32,000 nt of DNA from Candidatus Micrarchaeota archaeon (GTDB lineage: Archaea; B1Sed10-29; JAJSAI01), in assembly GCA_964625085.1 (NCBI GenBank), contig CAZVAJ010000004.1, forward strand, positions 28,614 to 60,613, read 5' to 3'. Shown here one piece after another: positions 25,141-32,000 of the stretch. A program made the translations under genes and the position numbers. The stretch's first letter is position 1; each line of letters opens with the position of its first letter. A model generated the notes under the pieces. That model saw nothing but the letters and a program-made list of their open reading frames with translations. It made no database searches and was not told where the DNA came from.

Positions 25141-25734
25141 TTAGTCCTTTTCCAGCACCCAGAACACCTTTTCTTCACGCGTTCCAGGCATAAAAACATG
25201 CGTGCTCTTCTTAAACCCTGCTTTTTTGAACGCGCGTTCCACTATCCTGGTTTCTTCTTTTGTTTTAGGATAGAACTGGACCACTGCAACCCCCTTCTTT
25301 TTTAGTACTCTGTAAAATTCTGACGCGGTTTTCTGATAGTTTGCTATAATTTCCTCTCTTGATTTTCCGGTTATCCACTGTAAGGCAGAAATGCATACTA
25401 TGGCGCTGAAGCTTTCGTCAGGAAAAGGAATGCTTCGCATGTCTGCTTTTTTTACTTGCAGTCCTTTTGCTTTTGCTATGTCAAGCATGGGCTGGGAAAC
25501 GTCTATTCCTACGACAGAGTATCCTTTTTCTTTCAGGACTTCTGTAGAGAATCCTGTTCCGCAACCAACATCAAGTACACGGCCTTTTGATATTCTTCTG
25601 GACTTCAGCAGCTTTGCCGCGAACGCTGTCATCTCCTGCTGTACCTGCTTCATTCTCCTGCTTTTCTCATAGTTTTCAGCGGTCTCTTTGGAGAAGTATA
25701 CTTCAGGATAGTAATAACGCAGTTCCCAGGGCAT
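25141..25734 (-). CDS. Bud23/WBSCR22-like class I SAM methyltransferase (candidate SSU rRNA m7G methyltransferase)
   Basis: YPEVYFSKETAENYEKSRRMKQVQQEMTAFAAKLL, VLDVGCGTGFS, VVGIDVSQPML, IPFPDESFSAIVCISALQWI and VVQFYPKTKEE...KAGF are colinear with my recollection of yeast Bud23 and human WBSCR22. It lacks their basic C-terminal extension. Confidence 0.75.
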   Translation of the reverse strand: MPWELRYYYPEVYFSKETAENYEKSRRMKQVQQEMTAFAAKLLKSRRISKGRVLDVGCGTGFSTEVLKEKGYSVVGIDVSQPMLDIAKAKGLQVKKADMRSIPFPDESFSAIVCISALQWITGKSREEIIANYQKTASEFYRVLKKKGVAVVQFYPKTKEETRIVERAFKKAGFKKSTHVFMPGTREEKVFWVLEKD

Positions 25735-25741
25735 TATCCTT

Positions 25742-26107
25742 TCATTCCTTCAGTTGCTGGAGTTCCTGCTTAAGCTCGTCTAAAGCCCTCTGCAGCTCAT
25801 TAATCCTTCTGCTTATGCTTTCAACACTGCTGTCCACGTTCTTTTCCTGCACTACCGCCACTGTTGAAGCAGCAGAGGGAACCATCTGCTGTTCTTCTTC
25901 AATTGGTTTGGCGTCCCAAACGCTCTTAGGCGGCTTCATGCTCGGAGGTATCACAACAAGTTTTCTTTCTTTCGCTGCTCCGGCAGGGGGCTTCCAGAAA
26001 AGTTCCTCTCTTTCCCTCTGTTTTTGTTTGTTTTTCTCCTGAACTTCTTTTATTCTCTGCTGCGCTTCATGCTCATACTTTGAGATTATGTCAGACATGA
26101 GGGACAT
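25742..26107 (-). CDS. Hypothetical coiled-coil protein
   Basis: 121 aa. Heptad-like charged helices sit at both ends (QQRIKEVQEKNKQKQREREE; INELQRALDELKQELQQLKE), with a Pro-rich middle. It lies between the zinc-ribbon gene and the methyltransferase. Confidence 0.55.
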   Translation of the reverse strand: MSLMSDIISKYEHEAQQRIKEVQEKNKQKQREREELFWKPPAGAAKERKLVVIPPSMKPPKSVWDAKPIEEEQQMVPSAASTVAVVQEKNVDSSVESISRRINELQRALDELKQELQQLKE

Positions 26108-26130
26108 GGTTTAGGAAAGGAAAAAATAGT

Positions 26131-26490
26131 TTATAAATCTTTCGCGGAAGACGCTATTTTTTGGTTAAGAGTATACATGTCCCCTGATTTTTCTATAACC
26201 TTCATTTTTTCAAGCTCTGGGAGGTCCTTTTCAGATTCTTTCCCGGACAAGAAAGTAAGCTCAGAGTAAGTTCTGTCTTTCACCGCCAGCATCTTCAGTG
26301 CTTTTCTGGCTGCAGGCGAAAGTTTTTTCCACAGGCCAGGAAAAGAAAGAACCTTAAGCTCCCCGTAGCTGTCTAGAGAAATGAACGACGGAGTGCTGCA
26401 CTGTCTGCATATCACCCAGTCAAAAAACGTTTCGTCAGAAAGGAATGCCTTCAGGGTCGTGCTACATTCAGGACACTTCGCAATTATCAT
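26131..26490 (-). CDS. Zinc-ribbon plus winged-helix-like small protein
   Basis: The N-terminal CPEC-x18-CRQC forms a zinc ribbon. The C-terminal LKMLAVKDRTYSELTFLSGK...LEKMKVIEKSGDMYTL is wHTH-like. Confidence 0.55.
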   Translation of the reverse strand: MIIAKCPECSTTLKAFLSDETFFDWVICRQCSTPSFISLDSYGELKVLSFPGLWKKLSPAARKALKMLAVKDRTYSELTFLSGKESEKDLPELEKMKVIEKSGDMYTLNQKIASSAKDL

Positions 26491-26534
26491 ACATTGAAAA
26501 GGCTTTTATTTTATTTAAACCATAAGGTTAGCTG

Positions 26535-27008
26535 ATGATAACGAACAGAAAGGTCTATGAGTCATGGAAGCCGGTTCAATACGCTAAGTATGAAAGCATG
26601 TTTCAAAAGATAAGAGATAGAATAAGGAAGGGAAGCTTGTTTGACTATGGAATAGGCCCTGGCTGGCTGGAAATGTTTTTTGACGAGAAAGGGGTCAGGT
26701 TTGACAGGATAGTCGGGTTTGACCCTGAACCGAAAATGACCGAACCAAAACTCGCAAACGTTGAGTACGTGCACTCCGGACCTCTGGAAGAAGAGTTTGA
26801 TAACGTGTTCTGCATTGACACCGCGCACCTGTTAAAAGAACCAGAAGAAGAACTTCCTCATCTTGTCAGAAAGGGAGGACTTCTTGTAGTCAGTGTTCCA
26901 ATGAGGTTCATGAACAAGATGCCTGAATTCAAGAGCATGCGGGTTCTTGAAAAGGGAATAGTAGGAAGCGCGGAGAAAGACTTTTTCTGGGCCTGGGAAA
27001 AGGTTTAA
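26535..27008 (+). CDS. Small Rossmann-fold SAM-methyltransferase-like protein (degenerate motif I)
   Basis: LFDYGIGPGW (motif I-like), IVGFDPEP, VFCIDTAHLL, LVRKGGLLVVSVP. 157 aa. Confidence 0.5.
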   Translation: MITNRKVYESWKPVQYAKYESMFQKIRDRIRKGSLFDYGIGPGWLEMFFDEKGVRFDRIVGFDPEPKMTEPKLANVEYVHSGPLEEEFDNVFCIDTAHLLKEPEEELPHLVRKGGLLVVSVPMRFMNKMPEFKSMRVLEKGIVGSAEKDFFWAWEKV

Positions 27009-27035
27009 AACCCTTCTGAGGCTAAGTGAAAGAGT

Positions 27036-27581
27036 ATGATAGACGCGCTAGCATTGTCCAGAGCTGTTGAAATAGGCTCTCTGGTTTTCCTGTTGCTCGT
27101 GTTACTCAGGGGCTGGATCAGGAAACACAATAATCCCAAGGCAGTACTCATAATCTTCTTGTCTCTTTCAGTAATCCTGCTGTCATTAAAATACCTGTCC
27201 ATTCCAGCGCCCAGCCACTCTAAGCTTGGGCTGCTAGGGCCTGCTGCTGCATTCACTGCAATAGCTGCATTGTACGACAAAAAGGTTAACAAGTGGTCTG
27301 TGACCGCTTATTCGCTAATCGTCTTGGTAGTACTTCTAATCCCCTACGTGTGGGTACTTTCTGTTATCTCAGTCCTGCTTGCACTAGGCAGTATTGCACT
27401 CGCAGGCTGGGCATACCATAACACGAAAAACAAAGGGCTTGTTTTCTTTATTCTGGGGATACTTGTATTCACAGGGCTGGGCATCACTGCCAGGCTGGGC
27501 CTGCTGCCCCATCAGACAAACATGTTGGGGCTCACTGCCGGAGTAATACTCTGGAGCATTCCGTTCCTGAAAAGAGTGTGA
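27036..27581 (+). CDS. Hypothetical polytopic membrane protein
   Basis: 181 aa with 5-6 hydrophobic helices. No motif recognised. Confidence 0.6.
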   Translation: MIDALALSRAVEIGSLVFLLLVLLRGWIRKHNNPKAVLIIFLSLSVILLSLKYLSIPAPSHSKLGLLGPAAAFTAIAALYDKKVNKWSVTAYSLIVLVVLLIPYVWVLSVISVLLALGSIALAGWAYHNTKNKGLVFFILGILVFTGLGITARLGLLPHQTNMLGLTAGVILWSIPFLKRV

Positions 27582-27584
27582 AAC

Positions 27585-29063
27585 ATGACCAACAAAACAA
27601 AGTATGATAAAATAATGGAAAAAATGCTCAAACGAGCTTTCTTTTACCCCAGTTCTGAAATCTACGGAGGATTCTCAGGCTTGTACGATTACGGGTCAAC
27701 AGGCACCAGGATAAAACTAAAGTGGGAAGATTACTGGCGGAAACATTTCCTTGGGCTTGGGGATTCTTTTTACGAGATCCAGCCCGCGAACATCATGCCA
27801 GAACCGGTATTCGAGGCTTCAGGCCATCTTAAGGAATTCGTGGACCCTCTTGTACAGTGCTCGAAATGCGGGTACTACGAAAGAGCAGACACAATTCTTG
27901 AAGACCAGCTTAAGCAGACGTTTGAAGGAATAACCCCTGAAGAGCTTGACCAGCTCATAAAAAAGAACAAGATCACCTGCCCGAAATGCAAGGGTAGGCT
28001 GAAAGAAGTAACAGTGCTTAATCTGATGTTCAATTTTGACGTTGGAATATTCCATTCTGTGACAAAAGGGTATCTGAGGCCTGAAACTGCACAGGGAGCA
28101 TACGTGTGCTTCAGAAGAGAATACAAAGCAAACAGGGAAAGAATGCCGTTAGGCCTTGCGGTTATTGGGAAAGCGTACCGGAACGAGATATCTCCCCGGC
28201 AGGGACTGTTTAGAATGAGGGAGTTCACGCAGGCAGAACTGCAGATCTTTTTTGATCCTGACAAGATAAACGAGCACCCGCGGTTTGAGGAAGTGAAAGA
28301 CAAAAAGCTCAGGATAGTTCCTGCAAACGAGAGGGACAAGGGCGAGCAACTGCTCTCGTGCCAGGAGCTCGTGGAAAAAGGGTATCCTAAGTTCGCTGTG
28401 CACTATATGGCCAGAGTCCAAGAGTTTTACGAGTCTTTGAAAGTGCCCTTGGAAAAGTTCCGGTTCTACGAGAAGAACGAGCAGGAAAGAGCGTTCTATA
28501 ACCTGCTTCACTTTGATGTTGAAGTTTTTCTTGATTCATTCGGGAAGTACACGGAGCTGGCTGGATTCCACTACAGAGGAGATCATGACCTGAAAGGCCA
28601 TCAGAAGGTTTCAGGAGAGGACATGAGTGTTGTAAAGGAAGGTAAAAGGTTCATTCCGCACGTGCTAGAACTCAGTTTTGGGGTGGACCGGAACGTGTTC
28701 GCCCTCTTTGACATAGGATACAAGGAAGAAGGGAAAAGACAGTGGTTCTCTCTGCCTGCATTTGTTTCCCCGTGGACCGCTGGCATCTACCCGCTGGTTA
28801 AAAGGGACGGGCTTGACAAAAAAGCAAAAGAAATCAAGAACCTGCTTTTAAGAGAAGGTATTGACGTGTTCTATGACGAAAGAGGGTCTGTTGGAAAAAG
28901 GTATGCCCGGGCTGATGAAATAGGCGTAGCGTACGGGATAACGATAGACTATGACACAATGCAGGACGATACTGTGACAATTAGGTTCAGGGACTCAACA
29001 GAACAAGAAAGGGTGAACGTGGCAGAACTTGCTGAAAGAATAAAAAAACTACAAGGCATGTGA
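27585..29063 (+). CDS. glyS: Glycine--tRNA ligase (archaeal/eukaryotic alpha2 type)
   Basis: FFYPSSEIYGG, YLRPETAQG, GKAYRNEISPRQGLFRMREFTQAE (class II motif 2), SFGVDR (motif 3), and a C-terminal anticodon-binding domain. Confidence 0.95.
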   Translation: MTNKTKYDKIMEKMLKRAFFYPSSEIYGGFSGLYDYGSTGTRIKLKWEDYWRKHFLGLGDSFYEIQPANIMPEPVFEASGHLKEFVDPLVQCSKCGYYERADTILEDQLKQTFEGITPEELDQLIKKNKITCPKCKGRLKEVTVLNLMFNFDVGIFHSVTKGYLRPETAQGAYVCFRREYKANRERMPLGLAVIGKAYRNEISPRQGLFRMREFTQAELQIFFDPDKINEHPRFEEVKDKKLRIVPANERDKGEQLLSCQELVEKGYPKFAVHYMARVQEFYESLKVPLEKFRFYEKNEQERAFYNLLHFDVEVFLDSFGKYTELAGFHYRGDHDLKGHQKVSGEDMSVVKEGKRFIPHVLELSFGVDRNVFALFDIGYKEEGKRQWFSLPAFVSPWTAGIYPLVKRDGLDKKAKEIKNLLLREGIDVFYDERGSVGKRYARADEIGVAYGITIDYDTMQDDTVTIRFRDSTEQERVNVAELAERIKKLQGM

Positions 29064-29792
29064 TTCTTCCTGTTCCTTAAGCGCGGTAAGCAGGTCAATT
29101 ATTTCTATTCCTCTGCAGGTTATCTCATAAGGGAACCACTTCAGAGGATGAGACTGGTTAGCCATCCGTGTTATCCTGAGCTTGTGCTTTGCGCCCGAGT
29201 TCATGATCTCTAATGCACTATCACACAAGTAGGAGAGAGTAGTTTCCACCTCATCAGAGTGAACCCCTTCTTCCAAAATGAACAAAGATACTGTATTATG
29301 TTCTTTCAGGACCCCTGTAAACACCTGCATAAACTTGAAAAACCTGCCAGTATCCTCTGATGACTGCAAGAGCACGTCAGTCAGCGAGTCGAACACAACC
29401 CTCCCAGGCTTCTTGCTCCCGAACCCTGCTTCTGAAAGCGCGGTCTTCACAACGTCCGTGATCTCGTTAAAATTGGAAAGGCTGGAGATCTTCAGCATGC
29501 TTTTTGTCCTGCTGGTCCTCCAGGAGTACGCGTCAACAAACACAATCCTTTCCAAGTCCTCTTCCGTGATCTTAAGATCAAAATTCAACAGGGCCTGTTT
29601 ACACTGCTCAAACTTTTCTCCAGTGGAAACAAAAACAACCTTCTCTCCCCTGCGCAAACCCTCTGCCAAAAACTGCCTTGCAAACGTTGTTTTCCCGCAA
29701 CCCGGAGGCCCTACCAAAAGAACTGAAGACGGCAGCATAAAACCTCCTGCAAGAATCTCATCTAACCTTCGGATGCCCGTGGAAATCCTCAA
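29049..29792 (-). CDS. KaiC/RadA-like single-domain ATPase
   Basis: STGIRRLDEILAGG, Walker A GPPGCGKTT, Walker B VVFDSL. The TTG start overlaps the upstream stop (TTGA). The 3' end overlaps glyS by 15 nt, convergently. Confidence 0.82.
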   Translation of the reverse strand: MRISTGIRRLDEILAGGFMLPSSVLLVGPPGCGKTTFARQFLAEGLRRGEKVVFVSTGEKFEQCKQALLNFDLKITEEDLERIVFVDAYSWRTSRTKSMLKISSLSNFNEITDVVKTALSEAGFGSKKPGRVVFDSLTDVLLQSSEDTGRFFKFMQVFTGVLKEHNTVSLFILEEGVHSDEVETTLSYLCDSALEIMNSGAKHKLRITRMANQSHPLKWFPYEITCRGIEIIDLLTALKEQEESHAL

Positions 29793-30445
29793 TCTATCAC
29801 GTCCAAAAGCTTAAGTCTTCTTCCATCATATTCTCCCATGAAAATGCGCCTGGCCTTGTTAGGCAGTCCTGCTTTTATGATAATCTTTTCTTCTGCCCTC
29901 CTGAACAAAATCTCCCCATCTGCTTTCTTCCTGAGAACAGGACTGCCTGGCCCTGTCCTTACCACAAAGACACAAGAAGAACCAAACTCCTTGGCTGTTC
30001 TAGAAAGCCTTGAAACAAACCAAGAAACACTGGTCTTAGAGTAGCTGTTCGTAATCCGGTTAAAAGAATCCATAACAAGAAGCGCTGGAGGAACATCTGC
30101 AGCCTTGAATTCTCTGGCAACCTGGTAGTATAATTCTTTCAGCGTAAGATCCTTCTCCTCAAAATCATACTCGTACAAGTCAAAAAACCGGGCTGTTTCT
30201 TTTTCAAGCAAACTAGCCAAGGCCTTTCTTCCAATAAGCTGCGTGAACATCGGGATCATGTCCGAACTTGGCCTGTCAAGACTAACAAACAGTGCAGGAT
30301 TGCCTCTTCTCACGTTTGACGCGAACATCTTGCTAGAAAAGTATGTTTTCCCAGTATGCTTAGGCCCTGACACCAAAAGAGAAGTTCTAGAAGGAATTCC
30401 TCCAATAGCCCTGTCAATCACCTTGAACCCTGTCCAAAGCCTCAT
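29789..30445 (-). CDS. KaiC/RadA-like single-domain ATPase, divergent paralogue
   Basis: TGFKVIDRAIGG, Walker A SGPKHTGKT, Walker B-like LLVMDSF. It is the first gene of the pair. Confidence 0.72.
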   Translation of the reverse strand: MRLWTGFKVIDRAIGGIPSRTSLLVSGPKHTGKTYFSSKMFASNVRRGNPALFVSLDRPSSDMIPMFTQLIGRKALASLLEKETARFFDLYEYDFEEKDLTLKELYYQVAREFKAADVPPALLVMDSFNRITNSYSKTSVSWFVSRLSRTAKEFGSSCVFVVRTGPGSPVLRKKADGEILFRRAEEKIIIKAGLPNKARRIFMGEYDGRRLKLLDVID

Positions 30446-30560
30446 GCAACCATAAAAGAAAAAGAGTTTAAAAAGGATTTTGTCCTACACGACAAAAAAA
30501 ACCGCAAAATAAAGGAAGAACAATAAAAAAGTAAACCTTTTCCCGGTTCATTCCGGTTGC

Positions 30561-30575
30561 AAAAACCTTATATAC
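30561..30575 (+). promoter_or_regulatory. BRE/TATA-like element (AAAAACCTTATATAC)
   Basis: It lies about 40 nt upstream of ATG 30613 and about 25 nt upstream of the AAAGGAGGTG SD, consistent with a short-leader transcript beginning with the 29-codon ORF. Confidence 0.4.
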
Positions 30576-30612
30576 TTGTTCTGCTAGTTTTAGTTCCAAA
30601 GGAGGTGGCAGT

Positions 30613-30702
30613 ATGAACACAAAAATCTTGGAAAAATACTCTAAGAAAATCAAAATAATAATAGATGCAATGATAAATTGGTCTTGCGGAGATGAGGAAT
30701 AA
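30613..30702 (+). CDS. Candidate 29-aa peptide (MNTKILEKYSKKIKIIIDAMINWSCGDEE)
   Basis: This ORF is not in the supplied track. AAAGGAGGTG (30598-30607) lies 5 nt before the ATG. The stop is 2 nt before the methyltransferase ATG. Whether it is translated is unproven. Confidence 0.3.
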   Translation: MNTKILEKYSKKIKIIIDAMINWSCGDEE

Positions 30703-30704
30703 AC

Positions 30705-31319
30705 ATGAAGAGACTGTACCGCGAGGGTGCAAGGTACTATGAGGACAACCAGCCCAACCCCACGAAAGTATACGAGAACTGGTTGGAGCTCCTGAAGAAG
30801 ACGGATTACACGAGCGTGCTTGACATAGGGTGCGGGCTGGGGGACTTTACTCAAATGCTGCAGGACGAAGGATACGAAGCAGTAGGCATAGACAGCTCAG
30901 AGCAAATGATCCGGGCTGCCAGGAAAAAGCACCCTGAATGCAAGTTCGTGCAAGCGAACGCCGTGGATTACAAGCCCGCGCAAGAAGTAGGGATAATGGC
31001 ATTCACTGTCCTGCCCCACCTTTCCCAAAAAGAGCTTGGAACCCTGTTCAAAAGAATGGGACAAGAAGACTACACCAAAGCATTATGGTTCGACTACCCA
31101 AAGTACGTTAAACAACTGCTGGACAGGGTCACGAGCATGCCAGGAATAGACTTTGTCTTCCACCCCGAGGGCAAGATAGAATACCTCGTGGGAGAATACA
31201 GGGAAGAACTGTGGCTAGTCACTCCCTCCCTCGTGGAAGCCTTAGCAGAAGCCTGCGGGCTCGGTACCCGGATCCTGAAAGAAGGGAGAATAAGGTACTA
31301 CCAGGAGTGTAAAATATGA
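30705..31319 (+). CDS. Class I SAM-dependent methyltransferase
   Basis: Motif I is VLDIGCGLGDF, followed by AVGIDSSEQMI. 204 aa. The gene is noticeably more GC-rich than both neighbours. Confidence 0.85.
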   Translation: MKRLYREGARYYEDNQPNPTKVYENWLELLKKTDYTSVLDIGCGLGDFTQMLQDEGYEAVGIDSSEQMIRAARKKHPECKFVQANAVDYKPAQEVGIMAFTVLPHLSQKELGTLFKRMGQEDYTKALWFDYPKYVKQLLDRVTSMPGIDFVFHPEGKIEYLVGEYREELWLVTPSLVEALAEACGLGTRILKEGRIRYYQECKI

Positions 31320-32000
31320 TACTGGATATTGCGATAACTAGCACATGTAACCTAAACTGTAAACATTGTTACCAGGGAAAACAAGTAAAGCAGGAGAGAT
31401 TTGTCCTGCCTTATTACAAGATAGAAGAAATTGTCCTTGACGTCATGAATGAATTCAAAAATAACAAGATAATAATCACGGGAGGAGAACCATTCACTCA
31501 CCCTGAAATAAACAAAATTCTTGAGTTTCTCAAAAAACGCCCAGAAGCCAAAATTGTAGTTATGACCAACGGAACAAAGTTGCCTGAAAAGGCTTTTGAG
31601 CTTCAGAACGTAGAGTACTCCATATCTCTGGATGGCCCTAAAGAAGTTCATGAAAAGATAAGAGGAAAAGGCACGTATGAAAAAACTTTGAAGAACATCC
31701 AGAAAATAAAAGAAAAGACTGGGGCTAAAGTAGAAGTGAAAACTATAATCACCCCCGAACTAGAAAAGGACGCTGTTCTAGAAAAGTTCTTATCTGATCT
31801 TGTAAAAGTAGGCGTGGACGAACTTGTGTTCAATAATGTGTTCTACCAAGGCAATGCGACAAACTTGAAATGGGTGGCAGAAACCAAACAACCCTTACAA
31901 AAGCAAAGAAAACCATACTGCCATGCTGGGGAAGATAGAGTGGCTGTAAACTTTGATGGAGTAGTGTACCCTTGCCACTTTTTCAGAAGCATTAATATGC
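31316..32000 (+). CDS. Radical SAM enzyme, probably SPASM/twitch subfamily (3' end outside window)
   Basis: The frame is open from ATG 31316 (an ATGA overlap) to the window end; I read it by hand and found no stop. CNLNCKHC (CxxxCxxC) sits at residues 11-18, followed by IIITGGEP and SISLDG. A Cys-rich auxiliary region (PYCHAGE...VYPCHFF) begins at the edge. Confidence 0.85.
   Translation, partial: MILDIAITSTCNLNCKHCYQGKQVKQERFVLPYYKIEEIVLDVMNEFKNNKIIITGGEPFTHPEINKILEFLKKRPEAKIVVMTNGTKLPEKAFELQNVEYSISLDGPKEVHEKIRGKGTYEKTLKNIQKIKEKTGAKVEVKTIITPELEKDAVLEKFLSDLVKVGVDELVFNNVFYQGNATNLKWVAETKQPLQKQRKPYCHAGEDRVAVNFDGVVYPCHFFRSINM

Noticed and set aside
29049-29063. Convergent 3'-end overlaps: glyS/KaiC-like (15 nt), PAP2/small protein at 7963-7982 (20 nt), and deoA/amidohydrolase at 19093-19096.
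   Set aside because: These are consistent with general genome compaction. I found no evidence of an antisense regulatory function.
30468-30854. A 128-aa minus-strand ORF spanning the divergent intergenic region.
   Set aside because: It overlaps the well-supported methyltransferase 5' end and the promoter/SD region. It has no motif, and its composition simply reflects the AT-rich spacer.
1-32000. A search by eye for CRISPR arrays, tRNAs, C/D-box sRNAs, transposases, integrases and long inverted repeats.
   Set aside because: I saw no regularly spaced direct repeats, cloverleaf candidates, RUGAUGA...CUGA box pairs or recombinase motifs. The intergenic spacers are mostly too short to hold such elements. 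A covariance-model scan would be needed to exclude small RNAs in 4665-4901 and 5388-5596.

Overview
This is a densely packed archaeal chromosomal segment. The archaeal call rests on the MCM helicase, aIF-2beta, aIF-1A, an Rnl3-type RNA ligase, a presenilin homologue, an archaeal-type 5S rRNA, and AMP phosphorylase with ribose-1,5-bisphosphate isomerase. I annotate 48 protein-coding genes (two cut by the window edges, several under 80 aa) and one stand-alone 5S rRNA. I recognised no tRNA, CRISPR array, transposase or integrase. Genes sit in short operons with eight ATGA and one TTGA start/stop overlaps. GGAGG-type Shine-Dalgarno motifs precede internal cistrons, and A/T-rich TATA-like boxes lie about 22-30 nt upstream of first cistrons. 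The small proteins and many orphan membrane or surface proteins fit a small-genome (DPANN-like) archaeon, but that is inference only. Six regions deserve a second look. (1) At the 3' edge, an SD-led 29-codon ORF, a methyltransferase and a radical SAM/SPASM-type enzyme form a candidate peptide-modification cassette. (2) A five-gene minus-strand cluster (21024-25075) has no assignable function; it includes a Cys-rich SNAP/TPR-like surface protein, a P-loop-less KaiC/RecA-like domain and a minimal nucleotidyltransferase. (3) A eukaryote-like Bud23/WBSCR22-type methyltransferase sits in an operon with a zinc-ribbon protein. (4) A protein-only RNase P (HARP-type PIN protein) is transcribed divergently from the orphan 5S rRNA. 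(5) An AT-rich SET-domain island and an AT-rich glnA stand out compositionally. (6) A DUF1805 gene is wedged inside the AMP-salvage module. All functional calls come from motif recognition by eye, with no database search.
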